Made by a program: the position numbers and the translations under genes
Notes under the pieces: generated by a model
What the model saw: only the letters and a program-made list of their open reading frames with translations
What the model was told of the DNA's origin: nothing
Databases searched by the model: none
In this document: positions 1 to 7,089 of the stretch, piece after piece
How positions within the stretch are numbered: the stretch's first letter is position 1
Layout of the letters: the number at the start of each line of letters is the position of its first letter
NCBI GenBank assembly: GCA_022827685.1
Contig: JAJEIH010000053.1
Location: 56-64,055 of the forward strand
Source of the DNA: Alphaproteobacteria bacterium
GTDB lineage: Bacteria; Pseudomonadota; Alphaproteobacteria; Bin95
Length of the DNA stretch: 64,000 nt
Reading direction: 5' to 3'

Positions 1-235
1 TTGCGGCGGCGCGGTTCGCGCGCCTGATTGCGCGCGCGAGGCAGAGGGCGCACCTCTCCCGTCGGCTTCTCACGGGTTTTCAGAAAATGGCGCCGCCCGG
101 CCGCGCAACGCCCGGGACGCGGCTCCGGATGCCGCTTCCCTCGGGACCATCATAACACAATCCGCCAGATGTCAAGCCCAAAACACGAACAAAAAGCAAT
201 TTCACCAGATTTTTTTCATGTTTGCGACTTTGGAA
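1..235 (+). repeat. Copy A of a ~230-bp dispersed intergenic repeat (R1). It may extend upstream of the window.
   Basis: Aligns over ~230 bp (estimated ~70% identity) with 41962..42190. Shared blocks: cggcgcgg.tcg.gcgcctgattgc.cgcgcgcgaggcag; cacctc.cc.gtcggct; cttcc.tcgg.acccatcata.cac; atg.caagccc.aaaa; aatttca. An unusually A/T-rich tail is present in both copies. Confidence 0.7.
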
Positions 236-244
236 GAGAGCAGG

Positions 245-395
245 ATTCGTTCCGATAGAACCGTGCTCCGCTCCACGCACCAATCGTCGCCCCGGCCTTC
301 GAGCCGGGGGCCGGAACCGCCTTTGAAACCTGACGAGGCCCCGACGGGCTGGACCCCGGATCTCCGCTTCGCTCCGTCCGGGGTGACGAACAGGG
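245..395 (+). repeat. Copy A of a GC-rich hairpin-containing repeat (R2), downstream of the epimerase gene
   Basis: Shares ccgatagaa...gtcgccccggcc[ttc/ccc]gagccgggg...ggaccccggatctcc...gctccgtccggggtgacga with 1385..1553, and its 3' half with 22851..22916 (inverted). Contains the stem-loop ccccggcc-ttcgag-ccgggg. Confidence 0.65.
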
Positions 396-464
396 TTGCG
401 CATTCGATACCGTCTCAACCCGAACGGGTTGCGCTCTGGCGCGGCCCCCCGCCGGGAACGCGCC

Positions 465-1370
465 TCAGACTTCGGCCTGCACCGCCTCGATGATCTGGAG
501 CACGCGGTCCCGGAAGGGCGCGTATTGCAGGCCGAACTCCTCCACCAGGCGGCGGTTGTCGATCAGGAAATTGCCGGAGGCGGCGCGCCCGCCCGTCTCC
601 TGCTCGAAGGAGATGTCGGCGTCCGGCAGGAACTCGCGCACCAGCGCCGCGAGATCGCCCATCGAGATGGCATGGCCGCCCGTATTGTAGATCCGGTGCT
701 GCGGGGCCTCGGCGAGCGTGACGCGCGCGAACGCCTCCGCCACATCGTCCACATGGACGGGCGCGCGCATCGCGTCGGCATGGGGGAAGCTCACCGGCTC
801 GCCGCGGGCCGGGAAGGTGACGCAGCGTACATGGTCGATGGACCCGTAGATCTTGTCGGGCCCGGTCACGTTCGCCGGCCTGATGCCGGTGATCGCCATG
901 CCGTATTTCTCCGTGTAGTCCCGCGCCTGCCACTCGTTGAAAATCTTGTGCATGGCGTACTGGTTGTCGCCGTAGCGGTGGTCGTCCTCATCCGCCGCGC
1001 GCTCGCCGAAATGGCTCTGCAGGCCGCTGACCGCAAGCGAACTCGCATAGACGGTGTGCGCGACGCCGCCGAGCCGGGCCGCCTCGAAGCAGTTGCCCAT
1101 GCCGAGAATGTCGAGCTTGAGCGCGATGCGCGGCGGCAGCTCGCCGATGAAATAGGCGAGGTTGACGAGCCGGTCGGGCTTCGTCTCCGAGACAAGCGCC
1201 ATCACCTGGTCGAACTGCGTCACGTCGCCCTTGCGCGTCTCGGCCATGTCGGCGAAATCCGCCGCCTCGGGCGCGATGTCCATTGCGACGACCTCCGCGC
1301 CCTGCGCCGCTAGCAGCGGCACCAGCCGGCGCCCGATAAAGCCGGTTCCCCCGACCACCAGAACCTTCAT
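465..1370 (-). CDS. NAD-dependent epimerase/dehydratase family protein (SDR, Rossmann GxxGxxG)
   Basis: MKVLVVGGTGFIGRRLVPLL N-terminus and an extended-SDR-like body. The ATG at 1370 is preceded by GGAGAGGA. The ORF track's upstream M at 1412 adds 14 residues with no RBS. Confidence 0.85.
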   Translation of the reverse strand: MKVLVVGGTGFIGRRLVPLLAAQGAEVVAMDIAPEAADFADMAETRKGDVTQFDQVMALVSETKPDRLVNLAYFIGELPPRIALKLDILGMGNCFEAARLGGVAHTVYASSLAVSGLQSHFGERAADEDDHRYGDNQYAMHKIFNEWQARDYTEKYGMAITGIRPANVTGPDKIYGSIDHVRCVTFPARGEPVSFPHADAMRAPVHVDDVAEAFARVTLAEAPQHRIYNTGGHAISMGDLAALVREFLPDADISFEQETGGRAASGNFLIDNRRLVEEFGLQYAPFRDRVLQIIEAVQAEV

Positions 1371-1384
1371 GTCCCGTCCTCTCC

Positions 1385-1553
1385 CGTTCGAGTCGCCCCG
1401 ATAGAAGCACATTTCGATTCAGGCTCGAAACCGTCGCCCCGGCCCCCGAGCCGGGGCCAGCGCTGCCCTTTCAGGCCGGGAGATGGACCCCGGATCTCCC
1501 CCGGATCGGGTCCGGGGCAGGCTGCTGCGCTCCGTCCGGGGTGACGATCGGAG
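1385..1553 (+). repeat. Copy B of repeat R2, between the methyltransferase stop and the epimerase start
   Basis: See 245..395. It contains the hairpin cgccccggc-ccccga-gccggggc, which probably doubles as the terminator of the upstream NHase/MTase operon. Confidence 0.65.
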
Positions 1554-1589
1554 GGACCAATGCGAGGCCTCTCCACGCCTGCGCCATCG

Positions 1590-2870
1590 TCAATGCCATG
1601 CGGTTGCAGCTTGATCCGTCTTCCGCATCAGCACGATGCGGTTGGTGTTGGTGCCCTTGCGGTTGTTGGCCACGCCCCAGCAATTCGCCGTCTTGGTGAA
1701 TTTCTGCGCGTTCACCATGACGCCCTCGACGGCGAGCGGCAGGCCGCCGGCGGCCGCCACGACATGGTCCTCCAGCAGCACCCTGCCGCCCCGCACCTCG
1801 CCCACCTCGAAGGCGAGGAAGCCACCGGGGCGGAGCGTGCGCGCGATGTCCCGGAGGCTCGCATGGACGAAGGCCCGCCAGGCTTCCGGCGTCCTGTGCG
1901 CGGCGATCGGCACCGCGTCCTGGTCGATGCCGGCGAACCAGCAGCGCAACCAGTTGTCCGTGCGGTAGTCCACCACGTCGAGGAAGGGCGGCGAGGTGAC
2001 GACAAGATCGGCGGAGCCGTCCGGCACGAAGGCGGCATTGTCGGCCGGGGCCGCGCCGAGCAGCGCCGGCGGGTGCGGCGGCGGCGCGCCCGTCGAGAGC
2101 AGCGAGCGGCTCTTGCGCAGGATGAGCGCATCCACGTCGCGCGGGGGCGGCGTCTGCCCGCGCCTGGCGTTGATGCGGCGCTGCCGGTCCGCCCCGACCG
2201 CCTGGTTGGGCGGCATCGTATAGACCGAGAAGAAGCCCGGCGAATGGCCGGTGAGGCGGTTGAGGCAGACCATGCGGAGCCATTCGTCCACCGGGTCGAG
2301 CGCGCCCGACCGCTCGCGATCGATGAACCGGGCGCGCAGCGCGGCCAGGCGGGCAAGCACGGACTCGTGGAAGAAGACGCGCAGGTCGCCCAGCAGCGGT
2401 TCTTCCGGCAGGGCGGCGGAGGGAGGGATGTCCGCCAGCCGCGCGGCGATCTCTTCGAGGGAGGGCGGCGCGAGCCGGGGGCTGAGCAGCATGGCGGAGA
2501 GCGGGTTGATGTCGGAGCCGACCGGCCGGCGGCCCATCAGCGCGGCCTGCAAGGGCGTCGTGCCGCGCCCCATGAACGGGTCGTAAACCGCGTCGCCCGG
2601 CCGGGTCAGCCGCTCGATGAAGAAGGCCGGAAGCTGCGGCTTGAAACAGGCCCGGTAGCTGACCTCATGCAACCGGCTCGCCTTCCGCTGCCCGGAGGTC
2701 CAGAATTCGTTGGTGAAGCAGGGGATGCCGTTTCGTTCGGCGATGCGGGTGGCCCGTCCCCGATGGCTGAATGCGACCAGCTTGTCGGCAAAATTGAGCG
2801 GCCTCCCTGCCGCCGGAGGTTCCGCAACGGGCTGGAAGCCGTGGTCGGCCGGAAGGGCTGCGTCTTTCAA
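1590..2870 (-). CDS. DNA methyltransferase, N6_N4-MTase family. Motif I DPFMGRGTT comes before motif IV TSPPF, and the SPPF form suggests N4-cytosine or N6-adenine specificity. Start is TTG.
   Basis: Conserved FTNEFWTSGQR, YDPFMGRGTTPLQAALMGRRPVGSDINP and LVVTSPPFLDVVDY motifs. The only start-like codon upstream of the conserved N-terminus is the TTG at 2868-2870, which overlaps the NHase-alpha TGA (gagTTGAaag). Confidence 0.7.
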   Translation of the reverse strand: MKDAALPADHGFQPVAEPPAAGRPLNFADKLVAFSHRGRATRIAERNGIPCFTNEFWTSGQRKASRLHEVSYRACFKPQLPAFFIERLTRPGDAVYDPFMGRGTTPLQAALMGRRPVGSDINPLSAMLLSPRLAPPSLEEIAARLADIPPSAALPEEPLLGDLRVFFHESVLARLAALRARFIDRERSGALDPVDEWLRMVCLNRLTGHSPGFFSVYTMPPNQAVGADRQRRINARRGQTPPPRDVDALILRKSRSLLSTGAPPPHPPALLGAAPADNAAFVPDGSADLVVTSPPFLDVVDYRTDNWLRCWFAGIDQDAVPIAAHRTPEAWRAFVHASLRDIARTLRPGGFLAFEVGEVRGGRVLLEDHVVAAAGGLPLAVEGVMVNAQKFTKTANCWGVANNRKGTNTNRIVLMRKTDQAATAWH

Positions 2871-3499
2871 CTCTCGCCGGGCGCCCGCGCAGGGGCGGTG
2901 CCGATGAGGGCGTCTCGGGTGACGAGGGCGGCCAGTGCGTCCTCGTCCATGTCGTCGGTGCCTTCCGGGCGGCGCGGCAGCACGATGTAGCGGAGGTCGG
3001 CCGTGCTGTCGTGGACGCGGACTTCCACACCGTCGGGCAGCTCCGTGCCGAACTCCGCCAATACGGCGCGCGGCTCGCGGACGACGCGCGCGCGGTAGGC
3101 CTTCTTCTTGTACCAGGCGGGCGGCAGGCCCAGCACCATGCGCGGATAGCAGGAGCAGAGCGTGCAGACGATGACATTGTGGACATCGCCGGTGTTCTCG
3201 ACCACGCGCACGGTCGGGCTGTGCTCCAGCTCGAAGCCTTCCTCCGCCAGCAGGCCCGCCGCGTCCTCCAGCAGCCGGGCCTTGTAGGCCGGGTCGATCC
3301 AGGCGCGGGCGACGAGGCGCGCGCCGTTCGCCGGCGTCAGGCTGTCCATCGCCTCGATCCGGCGCTGGATGGCGGCGGCGTCGAGAATGCCCTTCTCGAT
3401 CAGCAGCTCGCGGATCGCGCGCTCCAGCGGCTCGTAACCGCTCGACGGGTCGTCAGCGGCAGGCGGGTGGCGATGAGAGTGGACGTGCGGGTCGTTCAT
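2867..3499 (-). CDS. Nitrile hydratase alpha subunit, cobalt type
   Basis: Near-complete alignment to characterised Co-NHase alpha. The metal-binding VCTLCSCYP motif has Thr (Co-type) rather than Ser (Fe-type). Also LGLPPAWYKKKAYRARVVREPR and YIVLPRRPEGTDDMDEDALAALVTRDALIG. GGAGGA RBS sits 7 nt upstream; the ATG overlaps the upstream gene's TGA (ATGA). Confidence 0.9.
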   Translation of the reverse strand: MNDPHVHSHRHPPAADDPSSGYEPLERAIRELLIEKGILDAAAIQRRIEAMDSLTPANGARLVARAWIDPAYKARLLEDAAGLLAEEGFELEHSPTVRVVENTGDVHNVIVCTLCSCYPRMVLGLPPAWYKKKAYRARVVREPRAVLAEFGTELPDGVEVRVHDSTADLRYIVLPRRPEGTDDMDEDALAALVTRDALIGTAPARAPGES

Positions 3500-3783
3500 G
3501 GCCTGTCCTCCAGCTGCTGGAGCCAGTGTTCGTAAATGTCCGCGTCGAGCGTGTCCGCCGGCCCGCCCGCATAGCCGTCCCAGAGGTCGGCCTGCCGGAA
3601 CCGCACCTGGTAGAGCGCCAGCGGCGGGTCGCCCGGCCGGAAATAGGCGAGCGCCTCGGGGTTCGGGAAGCGGCCGAGACAGGCCGTCACCACGCCCTCG
3701 CGGCCCTTGAGATAGCCGGGCACGCGGTGATGGCCGGCATGGAAGCGGTCGTCCACCCTGACCTTGGTGCCGTTCTCGATCAC
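3496..3783 (-). CDS. Small subunit homologous to the C-terminal domain of nitrile hydratase beta (ToyK- or SCNase-alpha-like). Start is GTG.
   Basis: VIENGTKVRVDDRFHAGHHRVPGYLKGREGVVTA...LYQVRFRQADLWDGYAGGPADTLDADIYEHWLQ matches the NHase-beta C-terminal SH3-like domain (GH.R.P.Y.RGK.G.V, LY.V.F...ELWG). AAGGAGG sits 10 nt upstream of the GTG. The GTGA overlaps the upstream gene's stop. The rest of the long ORF 3496..4272 is Arg/Gly-rich junk. Confidence 0.65.
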   Translation of the reverse strand: MIENGTKVRVDDRFHAGHHRVPGYLKGREGVVTACLGRFPNPEALAYFRPGDPPLALYQVRFRQADLWDGYAGGPADTLDADIYEHWLQQLEDRP

Positions 3784-4079
3784 GGGCCGCGCCCTCCTTC
3801 TTCGCCGGCAAGATGCGCCTCGATGTCGGCGCGGTCCAGAATGCCGAGCTCCTCCAGCGCGGCCCGGAGCGCCTGAAGCCGCCGGTCGTACCAGGCCGCG
3901 CCTTCCGACATATCCTGGCGGAGCGCCTCCATCGTCCGGCGGTGCGCCTCGACAAGCTCCGCCTCGCCGCTGTCCGCGAGCAGGGACAGCAGCGCCTCCA
4001 CCCGCCGCTCGTAGAGCGTCGGCTGGCGCGGCTCCGCCGCCGCGTCGATCCCGGCATGATCGTGCATGGGACCGAACAT
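3780..4079 (-). CDS. Small subunit homologous to the N-terminal domain of nitrile hydratase beta (ToyL- or SCNase-beta-like)
   Basis: MFGPMHDHAGIDAAAEPRQPTLYERRVEALLSLL...AAWYDRRLQALRAALEELGILDRADIEAHL shows distant but collinear similarity to the NHase-beta N-terminal helical domain (MNGVHD.GG...EP.F...WE..AFA...YY.HWI....L...G.I...EL). It ends with the TGA that overlaps the next gene's GTG start. An alternative ATG lies at 4067. Confidence 0.55.
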   Translation of the reverse strand: MFGPMHDHAGIDAAAEPRQPTLYERRVEALLSLLADSGEAELVEAHRRTMEALRQDMSEGAAWYDRRLQALRAALEELGILDRADIEAHLAGEEGGRGP

Positions 4080-4150
4080 AGCCGCACCTATGCGCCCGGA
4101 ACAGACTGTGCAAGACTCGGTCCTCGCGCGTATTTCGAGGAGGGAAGCCG

Positions 4151-5044
4151 ATGTCCGAGCGCCGCACCACACGCCTGAAACGCCTCGTGCAGGCGCCCGA
4201 AATCCTGGTCGCGCCGGGGGTCGTGGACGGCATCGGCGCGCGGCTGGTGGCGAAGGCCGGCTTCGATGCCATCTACATGACGGGCGCGGGCGCGACGGCA
4301 AGCCGGCTCGGCATGCCGGATGTCGGCCTGCTGACCATGACCGAGATGGCGGACAATGCCGGGCGCATCGCCGACGCCTCCGGCCTGCCGCTGGTGGCGG
4401 ACGCCGACACGGGCTATGGCGGCCCGGTGAATGTGCGCCGCACGGTGCAGGCCTATGAGCGCGCGGGCGTGGCGGGGCTGCATATCGAGGACCAGTCCTG
4501 GCCCAAGCGCTGCGGGCACCTGGCCGGCAAGACGGTGATCCCGAAGGCCGAAATGGTCGCGAAGATCATGGCGGCGTGCGACGCGCGCATCGACCCCGAC
4601 TTCCAGGTCATCGCGCGCTGCGACGCCATCGCGGTGGAAGGCTGGGAGCCGGCCATCGAGCGCGTGGAGGCCTATCAGGAAGCCGGCGCGGACATTCTCT
4701 TCGTCGAGGCGATGACCACGATGGAGCAGCTCGCCTTCGCGCCGAAGCATTTCCGCGCGCCGTGCCTGTTCAACATGGCCGGCAGCGGCAAGACGCCGGA
4801 CCTTTCGGCTGCGGAGATGGAAGCGCTCGGCTACGGCATCGCGATCTTCCCCGGCATCACGATCTCGGCGGCGATCCCCGCCATGACGCGCGCGCTCGAG
4901 ACGCTGCGGGAAACCGGCGACGTGCGCCCGATGCGCAACGAGTTCACGCCCTTCCGGGAGTATTTCGACCTGATGGGCATGGCCGAGGTGCAGGCGCTGG
5001 AGGACCGCTACGCGGTCGATGACGCCGCCCGCGTCGGCTATTGA
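4151..5044 (+). CDS. Isocitrate lyase / PEP mutase family enzyme (methylisocitrate-lyase or dimethylmalate-lyase-like, or oxaloacetate decarboxylase)
   Basis: Full-length match to the ICL/PEPM (beta/alpha)8 family: GAGATASRLGMPDVGLLT, DADTGYGG, HIEDQ..PKRCGH, ARCDA, AGADILFVEA. Confidence 0.85.
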   Translation: MSERRTTRLKRLVQAPEILVAPGVVDGIGARLVAKAGFDAIYMTGAGATASRLGMPDVGLLTMTEMADNAGRIADASGLPLVADADTGYGGPVNVRRTVQAYERAGVAGLHIEDQSWPKRCGHLAGKTVIPKAEMVAKIMAACDARIDPDFQVIARCDAIAVEGWEPAIERVEAYQEAGADILFVEAMTTMEQLAFAPKHFRAPCLFNMAGSGKTPDLSAAEMEALGYGIAIFPGITISAAIPAMTRALETLRETGDVRPMRNEFTPFREYFDLMGMAEVQALEDRYAVDDAARVGY

Positions 5045-5057
5045 GGATACAGCGCCC

Positions 5058-6452
5058 ATGCCAGCCACGATGTTCGACAAGATCTGGGACGCCCACGCGA
5101 TCCTGGAGCGCGAGGGCAACACCCTCCTGCATGTCGCCTTCCACCTCTGCCATGACGGCTCGGCCGGCGGCTTCGCCAATCTGAAGCAGCGCGGCCTCAA
5201 GGTGCGCCGGCCGGACCGCATGGCCGGCACGCCCGACCACTATGTGCCGACCACCAGCCGGCGCATCGAGGACCTCGCCACCGAGGACATGAGGCGCATC
5301 TTCCGCGTCTTCGGCGAGAACTTCACGGCCAACGGGATCACGCATTTCCCGGTGGAGGACGCGCGCCAGGGCATCATCCATGTCGTGGGCCCGGAGCAGG
5401 GCTTCACGCAGCCGGGGCTGGTGATCGTCTGCGGCGACAGCCACACCTCGACGCATGGCGCGGTCGGCGCCATCGCCTTCGGCATCGGCTCCTCGGAGGT
5501 CGCCCATGTCATGGCGACGCAGGCGCTCTGGCAGAAGCGGCCGAAGACCATGCGCATCACCGTCAACGGCGAGCGGCCCTTCGGCGTCACCGGCAAGGAC
5601 GCGATCCTGGCCATCATCGCCCATATCGGCGCCGTCGGCGGCACGGGCTACGCCGTGGAATATGCGGGCTCGCTCATCCGCGCCTTCTCGATGGAGGAGC
5701 GGCTCACGGTCTGCAACATGTCGATCGAGGCGGGCGCGCGCTGCGGCATGATCGCGCCGGACGACAAGACCTTCGACTACCTGAAGGGCCGGCCGTTCGC
5801 GCCCGCCGGCGCCGAATGGGACAAGGCCGTCGCCCACTGGCGGGGCCTGCCGTCGGACCCCGGCGCCGCCTTCGACCGCGAGGAGGCGCTGGACGGGGCC
5901 GCGCTCGCGCCGATGGTGACCTGGGGCACGAGCCCGGAGAACGCCGTCGCGGTGACGGACCGGGTGCCCGACCCGTCAAACGAGCCGGACGAAGAGCGCC
6001 GCGCCGCGCTGGAGGGCGCCATCGACTATATGGGCCTCGCCGCCGGGCAGGCGATCACGGATATCGAGGTGGACCGGGTGTTCATCGGGTCCTGCACCAA
6101 CAGCCGCATCGAGGATCTGCGCGCCGCCGCGAAGGTGGTGGAGGGGCGCCGGATCAGGGTCGGCCACGCCTTCGTCTCCCCCGGTTCCGGCCTCATCAAG
6201 AAACAGGCCGAGGAAGAGGGCCTCGACCGCATCTTCACCGAGGCGGGCTTCGAGTGGCGGGAGAGCGCGTGTTCGATGTGCGTCGGCATGAACGGCGACA
6301 TTGCGCGCCCCGGCGAGCGCACCGCGTCCACCTCCAACCGCAATTTCCGCGGGCGGCAGGGTCCGGGCGTGCGCACCCATCTGGTGAGCCCGGCCATGGC
6401 GGCCGCGGCGGCGGTCAGCGGCCGGTTCGCCGATGTGCGCGAATTCGGCTGA
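5058..6452 (+). CDS. 3-isopropylmalate dehydratase / aconitase-family large subunit (LeuC-like)
   Basis: Aconitase-family motifs VCGDSHTSTHGA, NMSIEAG, GSCTNSRIEDL and ACSMCVGMN. The ATG at 5058 is preceded by GAGGA. Confidence 0.85.
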   Translation: MPATMFDKIWDAHAILEREGNTLLHVAFHLCHDGSAGGFANLKQRGLKVRRPDRMAGTPDHYVPTTSRRIEDLATEDMRRIFRVFGENFTANGITHFPVEDARQGIIHVVGPEQGFTQPGLVIVCGDSHTSTHGAVGAIAFGIGSSEVAHVMATQALWQKRPKTMRITVNGERPFGVTGKDAILAIIAHIGAVGGTGYAVEYAGSLIRAFSMEERLTVCNMSIEAGARCGMIAPDDKTFDYLKGRPFAPAGAEWDKAVAHWRGLPSDPGAAFDREEALDGAALAPMVTWGTSPENAVAVTDRVPDPSNEPDEERRAALEGAIDYMGLAAGQAITDIEVDRVFIGSCTNSRIEDLRAAAKVVEGRRIRVGHAFVSPGSGLIKKQAEEEGLDRIFTEAGFEWRESACSMCVGMNGDIARPGERTASTSNRNFRGRQGPGVRTHLVSPAMAAAAAVSGRFADVREFG

Positions 6453-6468
6453 GCGGAGGACGAGGCAG

Positions 6469-7089
6469 ATGGAACCCTTCAAGACTTTCTCCGCCGTCGC
6501 CGCGCCGCTCGACATGCTGAATGTCGATACCGACCAGGTGATCCCCGCGCGCTTCCTCAGCCGCCCGCTGGACGAGCGCTACGGCACCTATCTCTTCCAC
6601 GACCTGCGCTTCGACGCCGACGGCAACGAGAAGCCGGATTTCGTGATGAACCGGGAGGGCTTCCGGGGGGCGCAGGTGCTGGTCGCCGACCGGAATTTCG
6701 GCTGTGGCTCCTCGCGCGAGAACGCGGTGACGGCGCTTGCCGCGGCCGGCTTCAGGGCGGTCATCGCGCCGTCCTTCGGCGACATCTTCTACAGCAACTC
6801 GCTGAAGAACGGCTTCCTGCCGATCCGCCTCGCCGACGAGACCTGCCGGCGGCTGCGCGAGATGCTGCATGAGGGGCCGGGCGGCGAGGTCACGGTCGAT
6901 CTGGAGAGCCAGACCGTCACCGCGCCCGACCAGTCCACCTGGAGCTTCGAGATCGACCCGTTCCAGAAGAACAAGGTGCTGCAGGGGCTCGACGACATCG
7001 ACTTCACCATGCAGTACCTCGGCGAGATCGAGGCCTTCGAGAAGGACTACGACGCCCGCATGACCTGGGTCACGACCCGTCCGGGCTAA
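6469..7089 (+). CDS. 3-isopropylmalate dehydratase / aconitase-family small subunit (LeuD-like)
   Basis: Aconitase C-terminal swivel domain (DTDQVIPARFL, NFGCGSSRE.A). It follows the LeuC-like gene after 16 nt. Confidence 0.85.
   Translation: MEPFKTFSAVAAPLDMLNVDTDQVIPARFLSRPLDERYGTYLFHDLRFDADGNEKPDFVMNREGFRGAQVLVADRNFGCGSSRENAVTALAAAGFRAVIAPSFGDIFYSNSLKNGFLPIRLADETCRRLREMLHEGPGGEVTVDLESQTVTAPDQSTWSFEIDPFQKNKVLQGLDDIDFTMQYLGEIEAFEKDYDARMTWVTTRPG

Noticed and set aside
396-1313. 305-aa + strand ORF and other + ORFs across 28..1313
   Set aside because: These are antisense to the well-supported epimerase gene (465..1370), or lie within the repeat-rich non-coding leader. There is no homology or RBS.
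3496-4272. Reading 3496..4272 as a single 258-aa NHase beta subunit
   Set aside because: Only the last ~95 residues resemble NHase beta (C-terminal domain). The preceding 160 residues are Arg/Gly/Pro junk. The beta N-domain homology is in a different frame (3780..4079), ending at a TGA that overlaps an RBS-equipped GTG. Two small genes is therefore the better model, as in ToyKL/ScnAB. A single frameshifted pseudogene cannot be fully excluded from sequence alone.
4088-5230. 380-aa minus-strand ORF upstream of the NHase operon, a possible NHase activator or first operon gene
   Set aside because: It overlaps the + strand isocitrate-lyase/PEP-mutase-family gene (4151..5044) almost completely, and that gene has strong full-length family similarity. 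The minus-frame product is Arg/His/Asp-rich with no recognisable domain.
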